Shown piece after piece: positions 18,713 through 28,684 of a stretch of 64,000 bases of DNA (the stretch's first letter is position 1; the number at the start of each line of letters is the position of its first letter). The stretch covers positions 72,659 through 136,658 of the forward strand of contig JBCCOS010000003.1 of NCBI GenBank assembly GCA_039025235.1, in the 5' to 3' direction. A program made the translations under genes and the position numbers. Under the pieces are notes generated by a model. That model had not been told where the DNA came from and made no database searches. It worked only from the letters and a program-made list of their open reading frames with translations. Origin of the DNA: Pseudomonadota bacterium. GTDB taxonomy: Bacteria > Pseudomonadota > Alphaproteobacteria > Caulobacterales > Parvularculaceae.

Positions 18713-18780
18713 TCTTTTCGACGACGTCGGCCTTTTTCATGTTTCGGTTCAAACAACGGAAAAAGCCGTTAAGCGTCAGC

Positions 18781-19608
18781 CTATCGATCATTGCAGTAAC
18801 GCGCGGCCATGATCCGTCCATGTCCGGGCTGTTGCATCAAAATTGCGCATGCATTGCCTTGCGGGATGTCGATCGTAAAGGTGCCGGCTTTCATCTGGTC
18901 TTGGGCAATGATCGACATATCTCGAACAATATTGATTTCATCATAGATACGACCGGAATTTGCACCCGATGTAATGGGCGTCACCGCGGCTGGCATCAAG
19001 TTGAGAAGCACTAAATCGTAAGGGGAGGACACGGACGTTGTTTTGGCGATGATGCGCCCATTGTCTCGTGTGAGTGACAGGGGCACATATTTCTTTGCAG
19101 GTCCTCTTTTATCCTCACGCACACGGATAATTCGTTTGTTAATCCTTGCTTCTTGCGTGCCGCGCACGCTGTAAGCGCCGTCGATAACGAATTGTGGCGT
19201 GAAAACTGTCTTTCGCTTCATGAAGCGCTTATTGTACGCGCGTTGCCGGGTATCGGAGAGATCATGGGCGAAAGGGTCTTCCCAAACGCCATGTTGGGGC
19301 GAGGGCATTCTATTCCAGTATTTGACGTGCCAGTTAAGCGCGACAATGTCTTTGTGGGCGTCGAGGACCTTTAAAAGTTGAGCAGCCGGCGGACAAGCAG
19401 GGCACGCTTGGGACGCAAAAATCTCGACTGCTATAGGGGTTGCCCCTTCCGGCGCAGGAGGGAGGGGGGCGATCGCCGCGGTACTTGTGGCTGATTTTTC
19501 TCTCGTGTCAGCCTGAGCTGGTAACGTGCCGATCCCGAAGAGCAACACGGCGGCTGTCAATCCGCAGCGCATCGCTAAGAAAATTCTTCTCACGTTAGAC
19601 ACAATCAA
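18781..19608 (-). CDS. DUF1223 (thioredoxin-like) secreted protein
   Basis: Signal peptide, then EIFASQACPACPPAAQLL...ALNWHVKYWN...RQRAY...TPQFVIDG...ILMQQPGHGRIMAA, matching my recollection of DUF1223. Confidence 0.75.
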   Translation of the reverse strand: MIVSNVRRIFLAMRCGLTAAVLLFGIGTLPAQADTREKSATSTAAIAPLPPAPEGATPIAVEIFASQACPACPPAAQLLKVLDAHKDIVALNWHVKYWNRMPSPQHGVWEDPFAHDLSDTRQRAYNKRFMKRKTVFTPQFVIDGAYSVRGTQEARINKRIIRVREDKRGPAKKYVPLSLTRDNGRIIAKTTSVSSPYDLVLLNLMPAAVTPITSGANSGRIYDEINIVRDMSIIAQDQMKAGTFTIDIPQGNACAILMQQPGHGRIMAARYCNDR

Positions 19609-20028
19609 CGTCCTTAGATCCGAAATCTTACTGGTTCATACGATGGACCTCAAAAAGAGCCCAATTCAAAATTGGTTGGCCTTGCCGCGTTTTTTGCAGC
19701 GGTTTACTGGAATGATTCAGCACTCCATCACGCCAAGTAAGACGATATCCACAACATGGCGATCGCATACAACTCATTTTACCTCACAAAATTGCGAGTC
19801 GTGCGGTAACCTAAAACATTTCCCGTCGGCGCGGGCGCGGTTCGATCACAGAAATATTGCAAAAACAAAGAGCTCAACCCCGTTTTCTATATTAGATTAG
19901 CCATCTTGTTTCGCTTGCTTGATCTTGACCCGCGGGCGATAAAGGCGATGGATAAGCAAAAGAAATAAGGCTGTGATTGCGGCCATGGGTGGCGAGCGAG
20001 CGTTGGTCGCTGTCAACCATTGGTATTT

Positions 20029-20100
20029 TGGCCCTGTTGGTTAGTCTGGTCCCGTTGTTGGTCTGCTGGCCCCTTTATTCTGGCCCCGTTGTTAGTCTGG
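20029..20100. repeat. ~17-18-bp x4 imperfect tandem repeat immediately upstream of miaB
   Basis: tggccctgttggttagtc / tggtcccgttgttggtc / tgctggcccctttattc / tggccccgttgttagtc. Confidence 0.8.
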
Positions 20101-20107
20101 AAAGAGC

Positions 20108-21682
20108 ATGGAACTAATTAGAGACAGAACCAGGCGCAACAAAACCGAAAGTGACGTGGTGGATCGGGGGCCTCAAGGACAAAGTGTTCCGAGCTCGGCA
20201 AGGGTTACAGGCAACGCGGGTGTCGCTGCTGGCAATTCAACTTCGGATGGAAGTTTGGCTAAGTCGGTCTATATCAAAACTTATGGCTGTCAGATGAATG
20301 TTTATGACAGTGAACGCATGGCCGATCTTTTGGCTCCGCTGGGCTATGGCAAGGTGGACAAAGCTGATGGGGCTGATCTTGTCATTCTGAATACCTGTCA
20401 TATTCGTGAAAAGGCCGCTGAAAAAGTTTATTCTGAGCTTGGTCGTTTGCGACGCTTGAAGGAAGGGCGGAAAAAAGAAGGCAAGGAATTGACCGTCGCC
20501 GTTGCCGGCTGCGTTGCCCAGGCCGAAGGCGCAGAAATGCGCGAGCGTGCGCCGGTTGTGGATATGGTCTTCGGGCCTCAGGCCTATCATCGTTTGCCTG
20601 AAATTCTTGCCAAAACGGTGCGGGCGCGTGGTGATATTCTTCAAACGGACTTTGCTGTCGAGGAAAAGTTCGATGTCTTGGCTGATCGTCGGCGTGTTGA
20701 TGGTCCAACGGCGTTTCTGACGGTGCAGGAAGGGTGCGATAAGTTCTGCACATTCTGCGTTGTCCCCTATACGCGGGGGGCGGAGGTTTCGCGATCGGCT
20801 GATGCGATTACGGCGGAAGCACGCGCGCTCGTGCGTGCAGGCGTAAGGGAAATCACACTTCTTGGCCAAAACGTTAATGGCTGGCGGGCATCACCACCCC
20901 CAGGAGAAGTGGTGCAAGAAGGCGAACCCAACAATCGAGCCAACAAAAACACATCTGCCAACAATGTCAGTGATAAGCAATCATGTGATAGTCACACATG
21001 GGGACTTGGCGCGATGTGTCGACACCTCGCCAAAATTGATGGTCTTGAGCGGATTAGGTTCACGACATCTCATCCGCGCGACATGGACGAGGAATTAATT
21101 GCGGCGCTGTGCGAAGAGCCAAAGCTGATGCCTTATCTGCATCTACCGGTGCAATCGGGTTCAGATAAAATTCTCAAAGCGATGAATCGTGGGCACACGG
21201 CTGACCATTATAAGGCTTTGATGGCGCGCATCCGAAACGCACGGCCTGATATAGCCCTCTCTGGTGATTTCATTGTCGGGTTTCCTGGCGAGACGGATGC
21301 TGATTTTGAAGAAACGATGCAGCTTGTGCGCGACGTTGAATACGCATCGGCCTTTTCGTTTAAGTATTCGCGTCGTCCGGGAACGCCCGCTGCAGCGATG
21401 CGTATGCAGGTGCCTGAGCGCGATAAAGACACCCGCCTTGCGGCACTTCAGGCGCTGTTAGAGGAACAAAAAAATGCCTTTAACGCTGCCCAAATTGGCA
21501 AAACGCTTACCGTTCTTTTTGAACGGGAGGGGCGAAACCCCGGTCAGATCATTGGTCGATCGCCGTATTTGCAAAGTGTTCATATCAATGGCCCACTCTC
21601 GTTGATTGGATCTATCGCGTCCGTTAGAATTGAGGGGCAAACGCCCAATGCTCTTTCCGGCGTATTGGTCGATAACGCATAA
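20108..21682 (+). CDS. miaB: tRNA-2-methylthio-N6-dimethylallyladenosine synthase MiaB
   Basis: [16 protein letters not shown], radical-SAM motif [17 protein letters not shown], and a TRAM domain at the C-terminus. Has an N-terminal extension and an internal insert. Confidence 0.95.
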   Translation: MELIRDRTRRNKTESDVVDRGPQGQSVPSSARVTGNAGVAAGNSTSDGSLAKSVYIKTYGCQMNVYDSERMADLLAPLGYGKVDKADGADLVILNTCHIREKAAEKVYSELGRLRRLKEGRKKEGKELTVAVAGCVAQAEGAEMRERAPVVDMVFGPQAYHRLPEILAKTVRARGDILQTDFAVEEKFDVLADRRRVDGPTAFLTVQEGCDKFCTFCVVPYTRGAEVSRSADAITAEARALVRAGVREITLLGQNVNGWRASPPPGEVVQEGEPNNRANKNTSANNVSDKQSCDSHTWGLGAMCRHLAKIDGLERIRFTTSHPRDMDEELIAALCEEPKLMPYLHLPVQSGSDKILKAMNRGHTADHYKALMARIRNARPDIALSGDFIVGFPGETDADFEETMQLVRDVEYASAFSFKYSRRPGTPAAAMRMQVPERDKDTRLAALQALLEEQKNAFNAAQIGKTLTVLFEREGRNPGQIIGRSPYLQSVHINGPLSLIGSIASVRIEGQTPNALSGVLVDNA

Positions 21683-21698
21683 AGGAACCACCTTAAGC

Positions 21699-22709
21699 TT
21701 GAGCAAAGAAAGTCTTGTCCGCGATCGCTTCAGTGCCACCGGCGACAGCGTTGAACGTATTTCGTTCGACGACAATGCGTATGTTCAAGCGCTCGCTGGA
21801 GAGCATGATAGCCATCTCGCTTTACTTGAGGATATCCTTTCCGTTCGTATCGACCCGCGGGGCAATGAATTTTCTGTGATTGGTGATGGTGTTGCCCGGG
21901 CCAAAACGATTAGTGCCTTAACCACGCTCTACGATAAAGTTTCATCTGGCCTCACGATTGACGTGAATGATGTAAGGGCGGCAGCAAAAATGGCGTCCGC
22001 CATAAAAAACAAGGGCCCTTCGCCAGCCGGGTCAATCAAAACGCCAAAACGTGTTGTGACGGCGCGCACCAAAGCGCAAACACATTATCTTGCCGCCCTG
22101 CGACAGCATGAGCTCGTCTTTGGGGTGGGCCCTGCAGGCACGGGGAAGACATATCTTGCCGTTGCCCATGCGGTTAGTCTGCTGCTCAACGGAACCGTAG
22201 AAAAGCTTATTCTTTCGCGCCCTGCGATTGAAGCGGGCGAACGGATTGGTTTTTTGCCAGGTGATATGAAGGATAAAGTCGACCCCTATTTACGGCCGCT
22301 TTATGACGCGCTGAATGATATGTTAAGCCCGGAATATCTGGAGCGGCGGCTATCCAATGGTGATATTGAAATCGCGCCGCTCGCGTTCATGCGTGGACGG
22401 ACATTAGCGCGCTCTGCCGTCATACTGGATGAAGCGCAAAATGCGACCGTTGGCCAGACAAAGATGTTCTTAACCCGATTGGGCGAGGGGGCGCACATGG
22501 TATTGACGGGCGATCCGTCGCAAACCGATTTGCCCCCGAGCGAAACCTCCGGACTAGAGGATGCTTTGCGTTTGCTTGGCGATGTGGAGGGGATTGGCGT
22601 TGCGCGGTTTTCTAGCGAAGACGTTGTTCGTCATCCCCTCGTAGGGCGCATTCTTGATCGCTATGATGCGCGCGACAAAGATAAGCGTGAGGCGCTGAAA
22701 AAATCATGA
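21699..22709 (+). CDS. phoH: PhoH-like ATPase (YbeZ)
   Basis: GPAGTGKTYLAVAHAV Walker A, ILDEAQN, and GDPSQTDLP. An in-frame TTG at 21699 avoids overlapping miaB; the track start at 21606 overlaps miaB by 77 bp. Confidence 0.9.
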   Translation: MSKESLVRDRFSATGDSVERISFDDNAYVQALAGEHDSHLALLEDILSVRIDPRGNEFSVIGDGVARAKTISALTTLYDKVSSGLTIDVNDVRAAAKMASAIKNKGPSPAGSIKTPKRVVTARTKAQTHYLAALRQHELVFGVGPAGTGKTYLAVAHAVSLLLNGTVEKLILSRPAIEAGERIGFLPGDMKDKVDPYLRPLYDALNDMLSPEYLERRLSNGDIEIAPLAFMRGRTLARSAVILDEAQNATVGQTKMFLTRLGEGAHMVLTGDPSQTDLPPSETSGLEDALRLLGDVEGIGVARFSSEDVVRHPLVGRILDRYDARDKDKREALKKS

Positions 22710-23329
22710 TGGGCACAACCATCACCCCCCATTCTAATGACCCTGTCGACCGTGAAGGGGAGGCCGTTGATCATCAACAGAATGGCATCGACGTCATGAT
22801 CGACGATCCTTTGTGGGCGGACATAATCGATGACCCACAGGCGCTCGTGCACATGTGTCATGCAGAGGCTGTGCGTAAGGTGCCGGCGCTTTGCGGGTCG
22901 GCAGCCATTTTGTTTGCAAATGACTCCACCTTACAACGATTGAATGCGACCTTTCGCGGGAAAGACAAGCCAACCAATGTTCTTTCGTTTCCCTCTGGTC
23001 TCTTTTCTGGTCCCTCTTCTGGTTCGTCTTTTCCGTCTGGCCCATTTGGAGAACCGATTGCGAATTTTCTTGGCGATATTGCAATCGCGCGCGAGACCTG
23101 TGTCCGTGAAGCGGCCGAGCTTAACAAACCGGTGCGTGATCATACGGCCCATCTCATTGTCCATGGCCTTCTGCACCTAATCGGCTTAGATCATCAGGCC
23201 GATGCAGAGGCTAAAGAAATGGAGACCATGGAAGCGATCATTCTGAAGCACCTAGGATTTGCTGCGCCGTATGATGACAATCCGGATATGGGCGATTCCT
23301 CTAAATTTGGTGGGGCAGACCAGACATGA
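22706..23329 (+). CDS. ybeY: rRNA maturation endoribonuclease YbeY
   Basis: HLIVHGLLHLIGLDHQ zinc-binding motif. Start overlaps the phoH stop (ATGA). Contains an S/G/P/F-rich insert. Confidence 0.9.
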   Translation: MMGTTITPHSNDPVDREGEAVDHQQNGIDVMIDDPLWADIIDDPQALVHMCHAEAVRKVPALCGSAAILFANDSTLQRLNATFRGKDKPTNVLSFPSGLFSGPSSGSSFPSGPFGEPIANFLGDIAIARETCVREAAELNKPVRDHTAHLIVHGLLHLIGLDHQADAEAKEMETMEAIILKHLGFAAPYDDNPDMGDSSKFGGADQT

Positions 23330-24294
23330 CCCGTGTGCCGTCAAATCCATTAGACGGTTCTGAAGCCGAAACCAAGCTATCGGACGATGCAGGCGATAAC
23401 GCAGCAAAGCCGCCTGGCCTATTTTCTTGGTTCAAGAAATTGATTGGCCGTGCGCCAGCATCGCCCCATGCGGTGATCACCGAAGCGTTAAGCAATGGGG
23501 GTCTTGACGAAGACAGCCGCGAGATGCTGGCCCGGCTTCCATTGGCGCGTCGCGAAATGATCGAGCGGGTGATCGCGTTTGACCAAAAGCGGGTTGATGA
23601 CGTGATGGCGCCGCGCGCTGATGTCATTGCTGTGGATATTGATACGCCCCTCGACGCCCTGGTGCGTATTTTTGCTGATGCCGGTCACTCGCGCTTGCCG
23701 ATTTACCGCGGCGATCTCGATGATCCGGTTGGAATGGTGCATATCAAGGATGTGGTCGAACTCATTTCCACACCGGAACGGCGCGCTGCGGTTACAGAGC
23801 CTGTGCTAAAGGCTGTGCGACGTGACCTGTTATATGCACCGCCATCAATGCGGATTACGGATCTTCTCCTGCGCATGCAGGCATCGCGCATCCATATGGC
23901 TTTGGTCGTCGATGAATATGGTGGGACCGACGGGCTCTTAACAATTGAGGATCTTGTTGAAGAAATTGTTGGTGAGATCAATGATGAACATGATGAGGAC
24001 GATGCCCCGACGATTACCGCTCGGACAACCGGCGGCTGGGAGGCCGATGCCCGGGTTGAGTTAGAAGAATTCGCCGAGATTGCCGGCGTTGATCTCGCTT
24101 TGGACGAAGAGGATATCGATACCCTTGGCGGCGTTGTGTTTTCTCTTGCAGGTCGTGTCCCGCAACGGGGCGAAATTCTTATCCATCCGAAGGGGTATGA
24201 ATTCGAAGTCGTAGGGGCCGACCCGCGCAAAATCAGAAAACTCTTTATTCAGAAGAAAACACAGGACACAACCCCTGCTGAGGCCGCTGAGTAG
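23326..24294 (+). CDS. CBS-pair / CorC_HlyC domain protein (CorC/TlyC family)
   Basis: MAPRADVIAV...GHSRLPIY...HMALVVDEYGGTDGLLTIEDLVEEIVGEI. Conserved position after ybeY. Confidence 0.9.
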   Translation: MTRVPSNPLDGSEAETKLSDDAGDNAAKPPGLFSWFKKLIGRAPASPHAVITEALSNGGLDEDSREMLARLPLARREMIERVIAFDQKRVDDVMAPRADVIAVDIDTPLDALVRIFADAGHSRLPIYRGDLDDPVGMVHIKDVVELISTPERRAAVTEPVLKAVRRDLLYAPPSMRITDLLLRMQASRIHMALVVDEYGGTDGLLTIEDLVEEIVGEINDEHDEDDAPTITARTTGGWEADARVELEEFAEIAGVDLALDEEDIDTLGGVVFSLAGRVPQRGEILIHPKGYEFEVVGADPRKIRKLFIQKKTQDTTPAEAAE

Positions 24295-24330
24295 CTCCTC
24301 CATTTTGGTATTTTAGAACTTCATGCAGAA

Positions 24331-24741
24331 TTATTGAAAAGGGCATTCGTCGAAAACAACGCTTACTAATAAAGAAAGCAACTCGGAAAGGTAGGCGCCC
24401 GCAACCGTCGATCCGAAGACCAGTAACAGATATAGCGGAAAAATCAGCGGTGCAAATACTATACGTGTTAGAAAATGGTCTAATCCCAATCGCCAAAACC
24501 CAAATTTTGCTAACAGGGCTAACGATAGGGCAATGAATGGTATCCATGGAGTGCCGTAAAAGCTGCTGTCTTCCATAAATAAGCGGCAAACATACTCTGA
24601 GACAGCGCTTTGGTCATTATCGGGGATTTGGGCCCCTCCATAGAACAGGATATCTATGGCATTCATTGAAAGAATAATTGTGAACCCGATTATTAATCCC
24701 CGACAGAAATCCTCCCACAAATCGCCTGTAAACCAAATCAT
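24331..24741 (-). CDS. hypothetical integral membrane protein (orphan)
   Basis: 136-aa ORF with 3-4 hydrophobic segments. Visibly AT-richer than its flanks. No family recognised. Confidence 0.45.
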   Translation of the reverse strand: MIWFTGDLWEDFCRGLIIGFTIILSMNAIDILFYGGAQIPDNDQSAVSEYVCRLFMEDSSFYGTPWIPFIALSLALLAKFGFWRLGLDHFLTRIVFAPLIFPLYLLLVFGSTVAGAYLSELLSLLVSVVFDECPFQ

Positions 24742-24768
24742 AGACCAATTCCCCCAAAATTATAGTAG

Positions 24769-26550
24769 TTAGTGTACACCCTCTTTTGGGGCGGCTTCTT
24801 TGGCCGACGTGTCCATTGGCGTATCCGTTGACGGCGGTGTCCCTAGCTCTGTTTCTGATTTGTCACCCGATGCCGATTTAGTCGTATCTTCAGACGACGC
24901 TGTCACGCCATTCGCCTCGGTATCTTCAGTATCCGATTGCTCATTTGCACCACTCGTGTCTGATTGCGTCGCCGTTTCGCTATTCTCTGATGGTTCAGCC
25001 TCGGGCGCTTCTTTGGCGTCGGCTATGTTTTCATTTTCATCTTTTGTTGCGTCGTCAATATCATCTGGGGAATTTGCTGTTGCTGTATTTGCCTCGCTAT
25101 CGGACGGGGCTTGAATGCTTGCACTGGCTATATCATCTGTGTGCGTGTCGTCACGTTTCGGCTGTTCGTCGTCCGGGTCGGCTGTGTCGCCAGGAGGCGT
25201 GGTCAGTGCGGCAACCGGCGGCGCGAGGCGTTTCAAATCATCTTGGGATAGGCCCTGGGGCTCAACGTCGATAGGGGCTGGGCTAAGGCGTCCGTCGTTG
25301 CGATAATCGCGGACGAGCTGGGCCCAGCCGGTGCGGGAGTAAGAGAACACGCCATCAACGCCTGGCGTTGGATCACGCTCGGCGGACGCCGCACGGGCAA
25401 GCCATGGCCGGGCTGCGGTATCGCCATGGGCTTTTGCCACAACGTCTGCCATCAGCGTGCAATTTTGTGCGGTTGCCTTGTCCGTTAGAATTTTTTCAAG
25501 GGCTGGAATAGCTTGTTCATAGTCAGCTTCCAGAATAAAGGCGCGCGCGAGCGCCAAGGCACTTTCAGGGGCCTCCGTATGGCGGTTTGCAAGCTTGCGT
25601 AGTAGCGCCGTTGCTTTTTTGCTTTCGCTTGGTCCGTAAAGATTCACCAGTACACTGATGATAGATGTATGGGGCTTTGCAGCAAAAGCATTCTCCAGGG
25701 CCTTTTCAGCCCGGCCACTGCGGCCGCCGTCATGGTGAAGACGGGCAACGAGAACCGCCGCTGGTGAAAACCCTGGTGCGACCTTCAGCGCTTTTTCTGC
25801 ATCGGCGAGCGCTCCCGCTTTGTCATCACTGTCGAATGAGGCATAGGCTTCTGCCGTCAACAAAGCCGCCTCGGCGCGCTTTGCCTGATCGGGGGCGATG
25901 GTTTTGTTTTTTGTCGCCGGTTTCAAATAACTGCGTGCCTCCCCCCAAGCGCCGCGATCCAGTGCAAGGTCGAAGACGCTTTCAAAGGCCCAACTGGCAT
26001 TGGGTCGAAGCGAGAACGCGCGTTCTGCATAACCTCTTGCGGTCTCAGCATCTTCCTCGCGTAAGGCTTTTGCGTAGAGGCCCCGTAAGCCAAGAAACTC
26101 CGTCTCCGGTGCTTCTAGCATGGCAGAGAAGCTCTTACCTGCTGTTTCGTCGTCGCCAGAGAGTTGTGCGGCCTGTGCCGTTAAAAGCCGTGTCATGGCC
26201 CCTTCGCCAAGATTACGACGGGCGATGCGGGCATGGTGCATTGCCCCTGATCCATCGCCGGCGGCAACGGATTCCAGCCCACGGGTCAGGGCGGCCATGC
26301 CCCGCTCACGCCGATTGCGCGCGCGTTCGGCTCGGATCTTGCCGGGCATTGCCATAACGTCTTTAATAACGGCTGTTGCGGCAACGGTAATGAGAAAGCA
26401 CACTAAGACCGACCCGAGGGCAAGGCCCGCTGTCGAACTGATTTTCTGTCCAAAAATTATGGTTTCAAAACGACCATTCAAGGTCGCCAGCCAGGTGAAA
26501 ATGCCAGCGATAAAGATACCCCACAAGATGAAAATCAAAATACGGAGCAT
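24769..26550 (-). CDS. hemY: HemY-like TPR membrane protein with long acidic C-terminal tail
   Basis: N-terminal two-TM HemY_N-like region (MLRILIFILWGIFIAGIF...), then TPR-like repeats. Last gene of the hemD-mic60-hemY cluster. Confidence 0.85.
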   Translation of the reverse strand: MLRILIFILWGIFIAGIFTWLATLNGRFETIIFGQKISSTAGLALGSVLVCFLITVAATAVIKDVMAMPGKIRAERARNRRERGMAALTRGLESVAAGDGSGAMHHARIARRNLGEGAMTRLLTAQAAQLSGDDETAGKSFSAMLEAPETEFLGLRGLYAKALREEDAETARGYAERAFSLRPNASWAFESVFDLALDRGAWGEARSYLKPATKNKTIAPDQAKRAEAALLTAEAYASFDSDDKAGALADAEKALKVAPGFSPAAVLVARLHHDGGRSGRAEKALENAFAAKPHTSIISVLVNLYGPSESKKATALLRKLANRHTEAPESALALARAFILEADYEQAIPALEKILTDKATAQNCTLMADVVAKAHGDTAARPWLARAASAERDPTPGVDGVFSYSRTGWAQLVRDYRNDGRLSPAPIDVEPQGLSQDDLKRLAPPVAALTTPPGDTADPDDEQPKRDDTHTDDIASASIQAPSDSEANTATANSPDDIDDATKDENENIADAKEAPEAEPSENSETATQSDTSGANEQSDTEDTEANGVTASSEDTTKSASGDKSETELGTPPSTDTPMDTSAKEAAPKEGVH

Positions 26551-26731
26551 GGCGTCACGTCCCTAATCTGTGTCCATGGATTGGATGAGGAGATCGTATC
26601 GCCGCCGATACATCTCCGATCGGTTATTTTAACCGTAATTTCATATCGGCGCCACCCGCAGAGGGTTGTCCGTGATTTGCTCCACTGTGTGGGCCAAATC
26701 CACTTAAGTCGTTACTTGAGCTAGAAATGCT

Positions 26732-28684
26732 TTAGTCCCCAAGGGCGGTAAGGAATGTTGCGTTCAGTTCATTAAGCGCTTCATTGGCACCGAGGTTGGC
26801 ATTGGCTTTTGCAACCCATGGTTCGAAAACCGCTGCGGCGGAGCCTTTCAGGTCGCCAAGATATTCCAACGCTTTGCTAAGATTATCTTTACGCAAACTG
26901 TCCTCAGCGCGTGACAGGATCGCTGGGGTATTATCGCCTTCCGTAAAGTTCGCGGGTCGGACTGTGACGATGCCTGATAGGTTCGCAAACATTGACGACA
27001 GCGCGTCCGTCGCGCCTGCACTCTTCTCAGCTGCGATAGCGGCATCGGCAACCGGGTCAAAGTCTGATTTCAACTCGCCAAGGGTTGGAACACCGGTTTC
27101 AGCGTATTGCGTGAGCGCCGCGACCCCATCAACATCGGGGGCTAACCGTGATAGGACAGAGAGTTCGTTGACATAGGGCTCCCCGGTTTCAACCGTACGG
27201 GCAAGGGCTGTTAAGGCGAGCGCTGCGGCGGCTTGTCCGCCGTTTGAACTTGGCCCGTCAGCGTTTGCCCCGGTGAGGCGTTCTTCTAAGGCAGCAATTT
27301 GTGCCGCGGTTTGTTCAAGTTTGACCGCGAGCTCTTGTTGAAAACTCGCCTGTAACTCAGCAATGGTCGCGGCTTGTTGGGCTGATGTCTCCCGCTCCTC
27401 TGCAAGGGCCGCAGCGAATTCACTGGCTTGTGCTTCAAACGCATTGCGCAGGGCCTGGATCTCTGCTTTTAGCGCGTCTGCATTCTCGCCTGTTGTGCCA
27501 GATTTTTGTGTACCCGTTTCTTGTGTGCTTTCGGACGCGACAGTATCGGCGGAATCATCCGCATTCTGCGCGTCTATTGTTTCATCGGTTTGGGTCAGAG
27601 CACTCTCTTCATCAATTGACGTGTCCGCATTATCGGTAGCGGTTGTTTCTGCTTTTTCTGGGTCTGGCTTTTCTGTACCTGGCTTTTCCGTATCTGGCTC
27701 GTCTGAACCTTCCTCGTTCTCAGCGCCTTCCGCTGCCGTACCGATTGCGTTGACGCCGTCTGTTGCCTCCGAGGTCATGGCCTCTGGTGTCGCCTCTTGT
27801 GTCGCTTCCTCTTTGTCTGCTGTCTCTGAATCAGGCGTCTCGGCTGCCGTTTCGGTGTCGGTTTTTTCCGTATCATCCGAGGCGGTATCATTCTGCTCTT
27901 CAATGGTGTCCAGAACGGCCTTTGCTGCGGACTTAAAACCAGCATTTGCGTCACCCGTTTCAGGTGCCGGTGGTAATTCGGTGATGGTCCCTTCAGCTTG
28001 GTCCGTGTCAGGCAAGGCGGCGGCTGCAACCTTCGTTTGGTCACTAACGTCGTTCAGTATTTTCTCAACTGGACTTTCACCTGTGTCCCTATCGCCGCCT
28101 GCGGTCGTCTCTAGTTCGATGGGGGCATCGGTTGGTGCCGTACTATCGTCGCTTAGTGCTTGCGAGCCTTCAACGGTCGTCTGTTCTTCAATAACTTGTT
28201 TTGCGGTTTCCCCGCTGCTTGTTGGTGTTGTGCCATCGCGATCCAAAAGGGCAGCGCCAATGATAACAATACCGGCAATCGCTGTTGCCCCAATGATAAT
28301 TAAACCGGGAGAGATGCCTTTCGACTTTTCAACAGTATTATCCGTAGAATGATCATCATCGTCAGTTTTGGTATCTTCGGCGTCATCAGGTGTTGTCTCA
28401 TCATCACGAGCGGCTTCTGTTGCGCCGTCGCTGACGAGTTCAGCCTCGACCTCTTCGACATTTTTGGTGTCGTCTTTTGTTTCGCTATCGGCATCCGTGC
28501 CAGATTCTTTCCCAGATTTCGTGCCAGAATCCATGCCAGAATCCGTGCCGTTATCCTTATCCGCAGATGTTGCCTCGGTGTCACCTGCCTGAGACTCAGT
28601 TGTGTTTTCTGAATTCTCGGATGTCACTTTTGTGTCATTCGATTGATCTTCTTTTTTGTTTTCATTTTCATCGGAGTGAGGCAT
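26732..28684 (-). CDS. mitofilin (Mic60)-domain membrane protein, alphaproteobacterial Mic60 homologue
   Basis: Architecture is one TM (GLIIIGATAIAGIVIIGAALL), a coiled coil (ALKAEIQALRNAFEAQASEF...AALEERL), then a C-terminal mitofilin-like domain (PYVNELSVLSRLAP...LSRAEDSLRKDNLSKALEYLGDLKG...WVAKANA). Lies between hemD and hemY. The ATG at 28684 has a GGGAGAA ribosome-binding site. Confidence 0.8.
   Translation of the reverse strand: MPHSDENENKKEDQSNDTKVTSENSENTTESQAGDTEATSADKDNGTDSGMDSGTKSGKESGTDADSETKDDTKNVEEVEAELVSDGATEAARDDETTPDDAEDTKTDDDDHSTDNTVEKSKGISPGLIIIGATAIAGIVIIGAALLDRDGTTPTSSGETAKQVIEEQTTVEGSQALSDDSTAPTDAPIELETTAGGDRDTGESPVEKILNDVSDQTKVAAAALPDTDQAEGTITELPPAPETGDANAGFKSAAKAVLDTIEEQNDTASDDTEKTDTETAAETPDSETADKEEATQEATPEAMTSEATDGVNAIGTAAEGAENEEGSDEPDTEKPGTEKPDPEKAETTATDNADTSIDEESALTQTDETIDAQNADDSADTVASESTQETGTQKSGTTGENADALKAEIQALRNAFEAQASEFAAALAEERETSAQQAATIAELQASFQQELAVKLEQTAAQIAALEERLTGANADGPSSNGGQAAAALALTALARTVETGEPYVNELSVLSRLAPDVDGVAALTQYAETGVPTLGELKSDFDPVADAAIAAEKSAGATDALSSMFANLSGIVTVRPANFTEGDNTPAILSRAEDSLRKDNLSKALEYLGDLKGSAAAVFEPWVAKANANLGANEALNELNATFLTALGD

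Noticed and set aside
20237-20869. 210-aa minus-strand ORF (and 23703..24230, 175 aa; 5179..5712, 177 aa)
   Set aside because: They are antisense to miaB, corC and infB respectively, all of which have unambiguous family motifs.
25665-26566. R/P-rich plus-strand ORFs of 230 aa and 148 aa
   Set aside because: They are antisense to hemY. The composition is typical of the reverse frame of an Ala/Gly/Arg-rich gene.
27363-28352. 329-aa plus-strand ORF rich in S/A/V
   Set aside because: It is exactly antisense to the acidic low-complexity part of the Mic60-like gene. GAx/ACx codon runs on the coding strand give Ser/Val/Ala codons on the opposite strand. It has no start context or family resemblance, so it is a shadow ORF.
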